Source of the DNA: Octopus sinensis
Lineage: Eukaryota
NCBI RefSeq assembly: GCF_006345805.1
Contig: NC_043015.1
Span: 23,994,001 to 24,058,000, forward strand
Direction: 5' to 3'
DNA: 64,000 nucleotides
How positions within the stretch are numbered: the stretch's first letter is position 1; each line of letters starts with the position of its first letter. The notes beneath the pieces are model-generated. The model saw only the letters and a list, made by a program, of their open reading frames with translations, was not told where the DNA came from and did not search any database. Positions 24,906-38,832 of this stretch are shown piece after piece. The position numbers were made by a program, and so were the translations under genes.

Positions 24906-25468
24906 TTCACAGCATCCTGTATATATATATATCAATGTTCACAGGACACCTCATTACAGCAAAGAATGAATAAAGAGGCATCTTTCATCAATAAATATCT
25001 TCCACAACGCAATATGAACACGCAACTTAATACAGAACACTACTAACCTTTTAATTAATACCACTAACCTCCGTATATCCCATACACCATTCAGATTATA
25101 GGATTATATCTACCCTAATTGCACCAAATCCAGAACTACTTACCTCCTTTACACGTAATTATTTTACTCAAGGACTGGTAGACCCGATACCGTTCGGTAA
25201 TCGGTGCGCATTCAAACCCAATGAACAGTAATTTTACGAAACCGGTATGCCTTTGAATCTCTTTAACAATTCACAATAAAGGTTTTTATTACTTTTATTC
25301 CTACCTCAGTTCATCTAATTGTATATATCTATCGTTACTTTTCATAAAAAGCCTTTACTTTTTTTTATTTCCAATGTGCATTTTCGTTTATTTTTTCTTC
25401 TTACTATTCCCTTACATATCTACGTGTAGTTTATATTTCCTTTTTGTAACATATTTCTATTATATATA

Positions 25469-25533
<65 letters not shown>

Positions 25534-25597
25534 AATACATATATATATATATGTGTGTGTGTATACGTATGTATATATATATATATATATATATATA

Positions 25598-25995
25598 GGG
25601 CGGAGGAACTCTTGAGAGTCAACGGCCATCCAATAAAGGTCTTAAGGCTGTATCATGCGCGGGGACATAGAAATAATCGGACTGAATATTCGATCGTGCG
25701 GTTAAACCATTGGGAGTGAACGACTCCTTCCTTTTGTTAGGGCATCCTTCTAGGAGAAGGTAACTCAGGTAACTGTGATAACTCCGACATAAAATCTGCG
25801 GCTCAGTGGTTACCGATGATGTTGACTTGTTCTTCTTTTCGGATTATGGCTGCTGTTGCTTAGTGAGTGTGATTGACTCAGTGCACAGCCTTTCCTCACT
25901 TTAAAAAAAATTTCTTGCACGGGCATTGCACGATAACAACATTGATTAACCTTCGTGCAGTGGCCATACTCGATAACGAGGGGGCAGCCACCATA
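25598..25995 (+). mobile_element. Interspersed repeat resembling an RTE 5'UTR-type segment
   Basis: GGGCATCCTTCTAGGAGAAGGTAACTC motif and raised GC; recognised by eye only. Confidence 0.4.
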
Positions 25996-25999
25996 TAAA

Positions 26000-26345
26000 T
26001 CATCATCATCATCGTTTAACGCCCGTTCTCCATGCTAACATGGGTTGGGCGGTTCGACCGGGGATCTGGGAATCCAGAAGGCTGCACCAGGCTCAAGTCT
26101 GATCTGGCAGTGTTTCTACGGCTGGATGCTCTTCCTAACGCCAGCCACTCCGTGAGTGTAGTGGGTGCTTTTTACGGCACAGGGATCACAACTGCAGTTT
26201 CCATTGATTTTTGATGTTGGTGTACTTGACTCAATGGATCTCCTCAAGCACAGGGTCGAAACGGTGTTTCTTTACTTGCCACCTGTACAGGAGTCAGTCC
26301 AGCGGCCTTGACAACTGCCGGGTGCCAGTCATAGGATTGGTTCAA
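26000..26345 (-). mobile_element. SINE with an RTE-type 3' tail and (GAT)n end
   Basis: Plus strand shows (CAT)n then TTTCTACGGCTGGATGCTCTTCCTAACGCCA, the reverse complement of an RTE-like 3' stem-loop. Confidence 0.65.
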
Positions 26346-26354
26346 TTTCGATTC

Positions 26355-26423
<69 letters not shown>

Positions 26424-26441
26424 TGAGAGAGTGAGAGAGTC

Positions 26442-26512
<71 letters not shown>

Positions 26513-26899
26513 GAAATATAGGGATGAGCAATTTAGACAGATCAATATATAAAGTACATTAAATACAGGAAATCCAAATTAATGTATATATTTATACTTA
26601 CGAAAAGATCTAACTTTCGCAGAATGCATATGATACAGAGAGTTAAAGAGCTTGATGAAGAGTATTCAAATCTGTTTGTTGGAGTTCGGCGGTCCGTAAT
26701 AATGTTTGTAGACTGTCTCCATCATGGGATGACTCGATCCTCCGTCTTCAGGGAAGAAATCTTACATTTGAGAGGTTCAAGGAGAGACGTTCAAAGATCC
26801 TTCAAGTTTTTTTCCTTTAACACACAAGTTGATGGGGGACTGACTTGAATAAATTTTTGTCAAATAAATCAACCGCAGTACTTATTTTTTAAAAGCCTT

Positions 26900-27025
26900 G
26901 TGCATCTTCTATTCGTCTCTTTTACCGATAGACTTCAGTTACGAGGACGTAAACACGCGCTAGATAACACTGGTTGTCAAAAATATAGTGGGAGAAACCT
27001 GCTAAGTCACTGACACAGAGACACG
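26900..27025 (-). mobile_element. SINE family B tail fragment
   Basis: GGACGTAAACAC...GGTTGTCAA matches 47310-47345. Confidence 0.55.
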
Positions 27026-27069
27026 TACACACACATACATACATACATGCACACACTCACACACACCAC

Positions 27070-27164
<95 letters not shown>

Positions 27165-27347
27165 CATACATACAAACGACAAGAAATAATTTTTGTCTCT
27201 TTTTATGGAGACAAAAGGGTTTATAGGACGGCAAAGGAAGTGCTCAAATCTAAATGAGACAATAATAAAGAAACATTGATCATAGAACAAAAATCAAATT
27301 CGAGTCAACGGCTTTTTATATAACACCATATCTCAAACATTTGAGTT

Positions 27348-27745
27348 CTAAAAAATACCATACTCATGGTTGCAAAAAGGGATCACCTCAATAAATTTAT
27401 TTAAAGTTTTAGACGCAAGAGACACAAGGATGGCAAAGGATTCCGTTACACATAACTTACACTTATTAATATTAACTCTGAAATAAGTGTCACTCGAAAT
27501 AATAGACCATTCAAGGGAATACCTTTTATAATTCCTCTTTAAACCGTGTATATAAAATGCAAGTGTAGTATAATTACAGTAATTTTCGTTTGAAAGCGAA
27601 TTCATGTGGGCCCTATACCTTGCCTTAACTTTTACGGTACTGCCTCTATAAAACTTATCCAAATGACCATCCTCTTTATCAACACATTTATATATTGCAT
27701 TAGTAGTGAGACAGAACCCATCAAGGGGACATAACGTTTTTTATA
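27348..27745 (-). pseudogene. Second, divergent PLE GIY-YIG endonuclease fragment
   Basis: In frame upstream of the listed ORF: LCPLDGFCLTTNAIYKCV...KFYRGST..K.RYRAHMNS...TTLAFYIHGLK...YSLEWSII...CKLCVTE..AIL...LNK..EVIPFCNH. Confidence 0.8.
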
Positions 27746-28579
27746 ATTACCGACGTGAACCGTTTTTGAAACAATAAGTTTTCTTCTATTTTTCTGAAAG
27801 TCTATTGAAGTAAAAGTAGATATAGAAAGTGTATATAAATATATTCCTATACATTTCAAGTATGTTGAGGCAAACAGGAAAAATAGAACTCAGAACATAT
27901 GTCTATGTGTACTTTTATCAATATTTCTTAGAGGTAACAGTCATTCTAAGTCCGCCAGTTTCGTGCCTTGGCGCTTATATTTCTCATTTTTATATATGTG
28001 TGTGTGTATAGACACACGTATGTGTGCCTACTTGCGTGCATATATATTTTAATACGCATACATATTTATTCGTGTGTCTGTGTGTGTGTATGCGTGTGTG
28101 TGTCTGTGTGTGTGTACGCATAAACCACATATTTGATTCTCTTGATATCACTATGTATATATATGAGGATATGAATTAGCTGGTAGCAAATACATGTGGT
28201 CATCATGCACAAACATTACAATACGCACGTGTGTTAGCTTACATCATGACAAATGCGTCCATTTAATAATAACCCATTACCCCTCCCACTTTGTCTCTTT
28301 ATATTCTTGGTACAAAAGCAACAACTACGCTCATTCCCCAAATCCAATTCCATGTGTTAAACTGATTCTAACAATCACGCCGCGCTTAGATTAGCCGCAA
28401 CGGACCCGGTAAAACCTGATGTTTCAGAGGTACAGAAGGAGAGGTTTTCCCAAAAAAAGAACCCATCATACACTCAATCAAGCACAATACTGGCACACAC
28501 ACACACACATATCCATATATATATATACACACATATACATAGACTGGCAATTAGTTTGACGATCGCGTGATAGTGGGTT

Positions 28580-28619
<40 letters not shown>

Positions 28620-28630
28620 TATATAGAAGG

Positions 28631-28681
28631 AGCTTCTACAGGACTAGTACTGTTTCATTCAAGAGAAATCTTCAGGAAGCT
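28631..28681 (-). ncRNA. Mirror-image hammerhead motif on the opposite strand
   Basis: Exact reverse complement of 28678-28728. Confidence 0.65.
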
Positions 28682-28728
28682 TCCTGAAGATTTCTCTTGA
28701 ATGAAACAGTACTAGTCCTGTAGAAGCT
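28678..28728 (+). ncRNA. Type I hammerhead ribozyme motif
   Basis: Stem I AGCTTC/GAAGCT; CTGAAGA 28684-28690; stem II T-TTC-tctt-GAA-T (U·U at 10.1/11.1, non-canonical); GAAA 28703-28706; stem III ACAG/CTGT with loop TACTAGTC; GTA cut after 28722; AATAAA 28739-28744. Confidence 0.7.
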
Positions 28729-28811
28729 CCTTCTATATAATAAATTAATTTTACTCTGCTATGTATTGAGTACCTTACTTACTGTGGTTAACCCCGGATC
28801 AACCCGGGACC

Positions 28812-28845
<34 letters not shown>

Positions 28846-29082
28846 AGAGTGTATTAGATGATGCAGCACGATTTGATTTTCATATATTTGTAGGAAAAGT
28901 TCCCTTCTGGGAACAAATTTTGCAATTCCCATCCCATATATATATATGTATATATATAAATATATATGTGTATATATATAAATATAGGTATGTGTATATA
29001 TATAAATATATGTGTATATATATAAATATATATATGTGTATATATAAATATATATACGTGTGTGTGTATATATATATGTATA

Positions 29083-29665
29083 TAAACATAATCAAATAGG
29101 GTAATAAAATAAATTATTATTACCAGTGGTCTAGCACAAAAGACGAATTAGTCATTAGACTATATATTTTTCGTATAGAAATATAATAAAAGGCTTCCAA
29201 ATAAGGAAGCGTAGTGCTAGAAGCACAAAAAGGGATGAATTCATGAAAGTAATGTAAATTAAAAACATTTACCATCTCAGCTATATCCCAAACAAATTTA
29301 TCAAGCAATATTTAAACATAATTAAATAGGGTAATAATTTGTTGGTAAATGTTTTTAATTTTCATTCCTTTCATGAATTCATCCCTTTTTGTGTTTCTAG
29401 CACTACGCTTCCTTATTTGGAAGCCTTTTATTATATTTCTATACGAAAAATATATAGTCTAATGATTAACTCGTCCTTTGTGCTAGACCACTGGTAATAA
29501 TAATTTATTTTATTACCCTATTTGATTATGTTTAAATATTGCTTGATAAATTTGTTTGGGATATAGCTGAGATGGTAAATGTTTTTAATTTTCATTCCTT
29601 TCATGAATTCATCCCTTTTTGTGTTTCTAGCACTACGCTTCCTTATTTGGAAGCCTTTTATTATT
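29083..29665. repeat. 230-bp tandem unit in two opposed orientations: ~1.1 units forward (29083-29337) then ~1.4 units inverted (29344-29665)
   Basis: Period 230 (29091/29321; 29344/29574); inverted pairing 29083-29273 with 29344-29534, about 6 mismatches. Confidence 0.92.
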
Positions 29666-29707
<42 letters not shown>

Positions 29708-30450
29708 CATATACATGTATATATGTGTGTATATATATACACAAATATGTTTGTGTGTATATATATATATATATATATACACAAATATATATGTAAGTAT
29801 ATACACACACACAAATATATACAGTATCTTTTATTTTTTATATTTTGACTTGTTTCAATCATTTGTCGGCGGTTATTCTGAGCAGCTGCCGTGAGGAAAT
29901 TTCGACGAATGAACCCACCCTGAAAATGAAGTTTCTATCCTGTCATATATTCTATCGATCTGTTTTATATATTTACAAATGGGCTGATGCTGTTACGGAA
30001 TATATCCATTTCCCGCTTAATCAACAAATATATGAATAGAGGAAGGTTATTTACCTGTACATTTTTGCCATTTCAATTCATATTTCACATGTGTATACGT
30101 ATACATAAACGTGCACACATATACACAAACATGCAGTCACATGCATGTATTGGTTATGTATATACGCATGTGCACCGGTTTGTGCGGGTATTAGGGGGAA
30201 TGTGTGAGTGTGTGTTTGTGTGTCTGTAAGGGTGTGTGTCAATTCAGGGAGGATAGTTACTGATAGGAGATCGAATGTCATGAACGTGAAAGTTAATAAC
30301 CGTCCTTGGTTTCCGACGAATCACTTGCTTCCAGAAAGGATATATATCAACTTACTCTAAAAAAACAATACCAAACGACATGCGCTACATACATACATAC
30401 ATCCACCCATCCATCCATATATATATATGTGTGTGTGTGTGAGTGTGTGA

Positions 30451-30496
<46 letters not shown>

Positions 30497-30899
30497 GTGT
30501 GTATGTGTGTGTGTGTGTGCGTGCGTGTGAGTGCAATATCTTTACATACATATACTGTAAAGAGACATTTTCTTATAGATTCATGCGTATACATAAACAT
30601 ATATTTCTTCGAATATATATGTAAACTTACGTGTATGATTATGATATAAACATGCATATATATGTGCGTGTTTGTGTGTCTTTCTGTGTGTGTGCATGTA
30701 TGTTCTCGCTATCTGTGCGTGTGTCCATATATTTATAGAAAGATGTAATGTTTAAACATATGCATATGGTATATGCATACGTTTAATCTCACAGACGCAC
30801 GTACCTGTATATATATGTGAGAGAGAAAATAATAAATATATACATGAGGACAACATAACACATTTATTTATGTTTCTATATGTATGAGCAAGCGATATA

Positions 30900-30981
<82 letters not shown>

Positions 30982-31059
30982 CACTTCTATATATATTGAA
31001 TGTTAAGTATATAAACATATATGTATTTATCTACGTATAAATATGCATAGATAAACTGA

Positions 31060-31073
31060 GGAAATAAGTAGAG

Positions 31074-31126
<53 letters not shown>

Positions 31127-33030
31127 ATATGTATATATACGTATATATATATATATACATGTATATATACTATATATATACATACATATATACATACATA
31201 TATACATATATATTATATATACATACATATATACATACATATATATACATACATGTATATTGATATATATACATACATGTATGTAGATATATATTTATAC
31301 ATACATGTGTATATATATATATATATATATACATGCTTGTATATAGACGTATAAATATATGCATACATGTATATATATATATACATACATGTATATATAT
31401 ATATAATCATACATGTATATATATATATATATATGCATACATGTATATATATATATATATATACATACATACATATATATACATATACACACATATATAT
31501 AGATATACACACATATATATATACATATATATACATATACACATATATATACATATACAAACACATATATACACACATAAATGTACACATATACATATAT
31601 ATACACACAGACACAAGTAGATAAAGATATACATTCATAAAGCTTTCTTTAAATAAGTTTATATAAGTAATAAAATATACATCTATATATACTTGCGGTT
31701 TGAAACAATTTTCTATCCATCTAATTTCTATTCCTCCCCATTGTCTAACGAAAAAAAATTCTATCATTGCTAAAGATATAATGTTTCTTTTACTATCGTT
31801 AAACTATACGGTGGAAATTCACAATGGATTCTATATGTGCAACCATTAAACTATTCCTTTTGGCTGATATCTATTTCTATTCGATACTGGTGACATTTTA
31901 TCATCGTAAGATATATCCTTTAGCGTTGTTTTGAGATCTCTCTTTATCTGTATAATGCCGTAATAGACATATAAAAATCTCCCCGCCTGCACCACAAATA
32001 TTTACATTATGCGTACAATAATCTGTGTGTGTGTATATACCTTTATATATATAATATATATATATATAATATCTATATATATATATTATATATATATATA
32101 TTATATATATATATATATGTATATATACGTATATATATATATATTCATGTATATATACATATATATATCATACATATATATATACATACTTATATACATA
32201 TATAATATATATACACATATATACATACATATATATACATACATGTATATTGATATATATACATACATGTATGTCGATATATTTATACATACATGTGTAT
32301 ATATATATATATATATATACATGCTTGTATATAGACGTATAAATATATGGCATACAGTATATATATATACATCCATGTATATATATAATATCATACATGT
32401 AGTATATATATATATATATGCATACAGGTATAATATATATTATATATATAATACATACATATATATACATATACACACATATATATAGATATACACACAT
32501 ATATATATACATATATACACATATACACATATATATCCTATACAAACACATATTATACACACATAAATGTACACATATACATATATATACACACAGACAC
32601 AAGTAGATAAAGATATACATTCATAAAGCTTTCTTTAAATAAGTTTATATAAGTAATAAAATATACATCTATATATACTTGCGGTTTGAAACAATTTTCT
32701 ATCCATCTAATTTCTATTCCTCCCCATTGTCTAACGAAAAAAAATTCTATCATTGCTAAAGATATAATGTTTCTTTTACTATCGTTAAACTATACGGTGG
32801 AAATTCACAATGGATTCTATATGTGCAACCATTAAACTATTCCTTTTGGCTGATATCTATTTCTATTCGATACTGGTGACCATTTTATTCATCGTAAGAT
32901 ATATCCTTTAGCGTTGGTTTTGAGATCTCTCTTTATCTGTAATGCCGTAATAGACAATATAAAAATCTCCCCGCCTGCACCAACAAATATTTACATTTAT
33001 GCGTACAATAATCTGTGTGTGTGTATATAC

Positions 33031-33060
<30 letters not shown>
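31060..33060. repeat. ~1-kb tandem duplication (period ~986 bp); possible assembly artefact
   Basis: Unique core ~31600-32040 repeated at ~32590-33030; differences are almost all 1-nt indels. Confidence 0.9.
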
Positions 33061-33077
<17 letters not shown>

Positions 33078-33097
33078 GTGTGTGTGTGTGTGTGCGT

Positions 33098-33129
<32 letters not shown>

Positions 33130-33259
33130 TATGTGTGTGTGTGCGTGGTATATACACATATGATTATGTGTATGTACCAATACATGTAGATACTTGCAAA
33201 TGTAAGTACAAATATATACCTTTGTGTGTATATTTAAATATATAGAAATATAGAAATAC

Positions 33260-33296
<37 letters not shown>

Positions 33297-34078
33297 TATA
33301 TATATATATATATATACAGCAACACTGGTAGATAAACAGACATACACAGAACTACATAGTTGTCTATTTATGCATTGTATTTTCACATGTGTACATATAT
33401 ATAAATCTTATAAATTATTATAAATATATATATATATATATAATATATATATATATAAGTTTTCTTAACGTGCTGTTCTATGCGTACATGAATCCTTTCT
33501 CTAAATGGCAGAAGATAAAATGAATTTTGACCACCTTTATAGAAATATATATTCACTTCTGAATGTATAACCTTTTAGAAACCGTATTCAAATGATTTTA
33601 TTTATAATGTTGACCTGAACAAAACTATCACCTAAATTACGATGTCTTGATAAACCCTGGCAAAAGGCCCTGTACGACAGGATTTACATAGCATATTATA
33701 AATTTGCTAATCGGTATCATCTCTTTAAGATTGAGAATAATTCTTTTATTTTTCTCTGCTTAACTATTTATTCTTTAACAATACTGCTATCTTACGAAAA
33801 GACCTTAGCTTGCAATAATTCATTTGTAATTGAAAAGTGTGCATATACCTGTGGATTCATGTTTTTCTAATACTTATATTATGTTTCAATCTATTATTGG
33901 CTTCCATAAGAACACACAAACACTTATATATAATAATATATATATTATATATTATATATATATATATATTGCACTTACTTATATGCATATGCATATATAT
34001 ATAAACATGGACTCTTGCACACAAACACATACATACACACACAAGCACTTGTGATTTTATATACACACGTATCTGTAC

Positions 34079-34229
<151 letters not shown>

Positions 34230-35359
34230 GCAAGAGATACAATCTTGTCCCTGATGCATTTCTCCGAGATTGATATGACTGAGTATCTTCAATGATGTCT
34301 AAACTCTGGGTGTTCTCACGTCTTCTTACTCTAATGGCATTAAGTCTGTTTTGAACAAACGTTCTTCTGAAGAGAATCGTTGATCTCCAATAACGAAAGC
34401 CAACAACGGTTAAGATATCCACGATCAAATCTGTTGGATCGTAATGAATGAATGAATAGGTGTAACGTTTTTCTGATTGCATGAATTTGCAAAAATAAAG
34501 AATTGTGCGTTAAATGATATTCATGATGTATTATTGTTTTATTTAAATAATTCATCTTCCATTCGAGAGAAAAGTAAGCACAGGCCACATCGCACGAAAT
34601 AGTTATCTTCCAAAACTGTTTTGTATTTAATGAGAGGCAACCGAAATTTCTGGAAACAAGGGCAAAACAGCGCATACATATTTCTGCTGCAATATTCGTC
34701 ATCAGCACAAATTTTCCATTCCTCCCTTGACACAGCATACCGAAGCTTGAAATACTAAAAGAGCAGAGGTGTGTGAGTGTGTGTGTATGCATATACGTGT
34801 GTGAATGCGTGTGTGCGTACATGCACCTACATATATAAAAGCGATGATGCTACTGGTAATGATGGTGGTGGTAAACTGGTGATGGTGACATTAGTGGTGG
34901 CGCTATTGGTAAAGATTTTAATGGTGGAACCGGTTTGTAATTTAGGCACTTGACCATCAATTTCAAATGGTGATGCCTTATATGCAACAGCGACACCAAG
35001 ACTTTTAATAATTGAACCTGCATCATAGCCGTTTAACTTACAGGTCGACCTCGGGCAGTCATCTATGGTTTACTTCTCAAACAAGCGAAAGGCCTGCAAT
35101 ATGGAGTTGCTGGATTATTACAAGATTATAACGCTAATAGTTGAATAGTACGTTATTTTATCGAAGCATCCACTTCCAGAAGAATGAAATTTCAAACTCA
35201 CCTGCGCAGTATTTGTACGATAAGGAGAGACAGCTGCAGTGGATCTACATCATTGATCCGGTTGCAGTTGGTACAATCATAATATTGAAATTAAATAAAA
35301 GCTGTATAAGTGAAACTAACAGATTTCTTCTGTATTTAAATGGCTAACATTCAGTATTT

Positions 35360-35510
35360 ACGTTCTGATTTCATATTCGATCGAAAGCTGAATTTGCTTT
35401 TCGAGGTATGTAAAATAAATACCAGTTGGGGACTTGAGTCGATGCTCCCGACTTCACCTTTGCCCCAAAATTGGTGTCTTTGGGCCAAGAATAGAAATTT
35501 GTACACACCG
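35360..35510 (+). mobile_element. SINE family A core/tail relic
   Basis: TTTGCTTTTC...AAATAAATACCAGTTG...GAGTCGAT...CCCCAAAATTG...AGAAATT. Confidence 0.5.
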
Positions 35511-35917
35511 TTCACCGTTATAATTGTTTCGGCATCAACGAGCAGTCTCAGATCGAATCACTTACCACGAAATTCTTCCTTCGGAACATATAATATAAAT
35601 GAGGTTGATAGTAAGAGCGGGTTGTTTAAGTACAGTCCACTCTGTGGCAACTGTTCAGGCAACATTTTCGGGTCGAGGATGCGACATTGCCACTCCCCAC
35701 CCACAGCAATGTCCGTGCCCGGTGGTATATATGCATGTGTATGTATATGCATATATGTACATGTATCAATGTAAATGTATGTGCATGTCTGGATATGCGC
35801 GTTTGAGATTGCGTGTCTGGGTGTGAGTGTGTATGTATGTGTGGGGGGGCCTTCCCATGTATGTATATATGATATGCAAGTATGTATATATAATATATAT
35901 GTATGTCTATATATATG

Positions 35918-35948
<31 letters not shown>

Positions 35949-36959
35949 AAATAATATATATGTATATATGTATATGTATAAATAATATATATGTATATAT
36001 GTATATGTATATATATGCATACATAATATATATAAATATATATATATGTATACACATATATTGGTATGTATGTATACATATATATTTGTATATATGAATA
36101 CATATGTATTTGTGTATATGTATACGTGATACATATTTAGGCGTATATGTATACATAATGTATATATGCATGTATATATGTATATATAATGAATATGTAT
36201 GTGTATATGTATATATAATATAAATGTATGTGTACATGTATATATATTTGTGTATATATAAATATGTGTATATATGTGTATAAATATATATATATATATA
36301 AATATGTGTGTGTATAAGTGTATATATATGCGTGTGTATATGTGTACATATATGTACGTGTATTTTTATGTATGTGCATATATGTATGTGCATATATGTA
36401 TGTGCATATGTATGTGTATATGTATATGTTTATGTAAGTGTATATGTATGTGTATATATATGTGTATATGTATGTGTATATGCATGTGTATGTGGTTGTG
36501 TATATGTATGTGTATGTGTATATATACATGTATATTTGTATGTATATATATATATATATATTTGTATGTGTATATATATGTATATTTGTATGTGTATATA
36601 TGTGTTTTTAAATATTTATGTACGTGTGTATGTATGTACGGGTGTATGTATCTACGTGTGGATTATGTATATGTATGTATGTGTATATATATGTGTGTTT
36701 AAATACATATATGTAGGTGTGTATGTATGTGTATATGTATGTGTATATGTATGTATATGTCTATGTATGTGTATATGTATATAGATGTATGTATATATAT
36801 GTATGTTTTTATGTGTAATATATATATGTATGTGTATATATAATATATATATATGTATATATAATGTGAATATCTATCTACATATATATATGTGTGTGTG
36901 TGTGTGTGTATCTATAGTATATATATATGTCTATATGTATATATAGTATAATATATATA

Positions 36960-37000
<41 letters not shown>

Positions 37001-37010
37001 TATATAGTGT

Positions 37011-37846
37011 AAAATAAATATAAGAGAGTGGTCACTATATGGCTCACTCTAGCACCAGTTAATCCAAAAGGTTTCAACCACAAAAATACATGTTTCCCAT
37101 GAAAGTCAGTACGATTGTTAGCTCACACGGACAGGGCAAATAAAAAATAACAAAAATACAGATTATTTTGGGACAATTGTTTCGCTATTAATGAATTAAA
37201 TGTAATTTTACTTACAAAAAAATCCACTTGTAGCTCGTTAGCCCAAACTATCTGGATGAAATCCACTCAATCACGCGCTAGATTTTACCATAACGATAAA
37301 TACGCGTGTGGTTCAATTGATTACATCCGACGTTATAATTCAGATGCCCCAACTAACAGCGCGCCAAACTTTCACGGAAAACAAATACTGCATTTAGAAA
37401 TAAATGCAGCATAATTATAATTAATTAATAAGGGTGAGAGAATTAGATACTAATTTAATAGTATATCTATTCAACACCAAGTGGCCTAGTGCTCCGAGAA
37501 ACCTGGATTATTATAATATTTTATAATATATTATAATTCATTAATAGCGAAACAATTGTCCCAAAATAATCTGTATTTTTGTTATTTTTTATTTGCCCTG
37601 TCCGTGTGAGCTAACAATCGTACTGACTTTCATGGGAAACATGTATTTTTGTGGTTGAAACCTTTTGGATTAACTGGTGCTAGAGTGAGCCATATAGTGA
37701 CCGCTCTCTTATATTTATTTTGTAAAAATATTATAATATATTATAAAATATTATAATAATCCAGGTTTCTCGGAGCACTAGGCCACTTGGTGTTGAATAG
37801 ATATACTATTAAATTAGTATCTAATTCTCTCACCCTTATTAATTAA
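37011..37846. repeat. Interleaved inverted repeats A-X-B-A'-B' (A 37011-37198 / 37534-37721; B 37421-37537 / 37730-37846)
   Basis: 188-bp pair with 1 mismatch seen; 117-bp pair with none seen. Confidence 0.95.
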
Positions 37847-38366
37847 GTATATATAGTATATATATCTATATGTATATATAGTATATATATGTCCATGGAT
37901 AGACAAGGAGGTATATTCGTGTGCTTGTATAGACACACGTGTATGTAAGTGTGTATGTATACATATATGTATATTTGTGTGTGTATGTATATTTGTATAT
38001 GTATTTGTATATATGTATATATATAGGTATATGTAATATATGTATGTATATGTATGCATGTTTATATGTCTTTATGCATGTGTGTATATGTGCGTATATA
38101 TGTGTGTAGGTTTCCGTGTGTGTGTATGCTTCTGTGTAAGTATGTGTGTGTGCATGCATGCATGTGTGTGCATGTTTGCATGCATGCGTGCATGCATGCG
38201 TGTGCATGTGTGTGTATGCATGCATGTGTCTGTGGGTTGCATGCATGCGTATGTACATGCATGAGTGTGTGTGCATGCATGTGTGTATTATATATTCTTT
38301 ATTCATTTCCTTCAGAAGCACCACCTTTAGTCGTGCATATTGACCCCCGTTATATGTACATATATG

Positions 38367-38443
<77 letters not shown>

Positions 38444-38553
38444 TTATCAAAAAAAAAGGATGCAAAGGATCCTGTTTTTCTTTTGATAAATATACCCTAT
38501 CACCTACACCACTAACTGGCATATACAGGTGCTTACAGTTATCAAGTATTCAC

Positions 38554-38596
<43 letters not shown>

Positions 38597-38598
<2 letters not shown>

Positions 38599-38762
38599 CC
38601 CAGGAGTAGCTGTGTTGCAAGTAGCTTGTCTACCAACCACATGGATCCGGGTTTAGTCCCACTGCGTGGCACCCTGGGCAAGTGTCTTCTACTATAATCC
38701 TCGGGCCGACCAAAGCCTTATGAGTGGATTTGGTAGACGGAAACTGAAAGAAGCCCGTCGTA

Positions 38763-38832
<70 letters not shown>

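Larger units (their letters stand above)
28614..28816. mobile_element. Fold-back mini-element: perfect 132-bp palindrome (28614-28745) of two head-to-head hammerhead motifs plus a ~70-bp unique tail
   Basis: Exact self-complementarity about 28679|28680 (sum 57359); homologous copy at 48092-48290; flanked by (TA)n. Confidence 0.9.

Noticed and set aside
26600-26850. Possible CR1 3' relic on the minus strand (and at ~45430-45480)
   Set aside because: Too degenerate to support beyond a vague resemblance.
29083-29665. CRISPR-like or hammerhead-type retrozyme call for the 230-bp repeats
   Set aside because: No repeat-spacer alternation, eukaryotic context, and no CUGANGA/GAAA core on either strand.
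34670-34712. Minus-strand CTGATGA...GAAA.ATGTA as a hammerhead
   Set aside because: Stem II and stem I do not pair convincingly.
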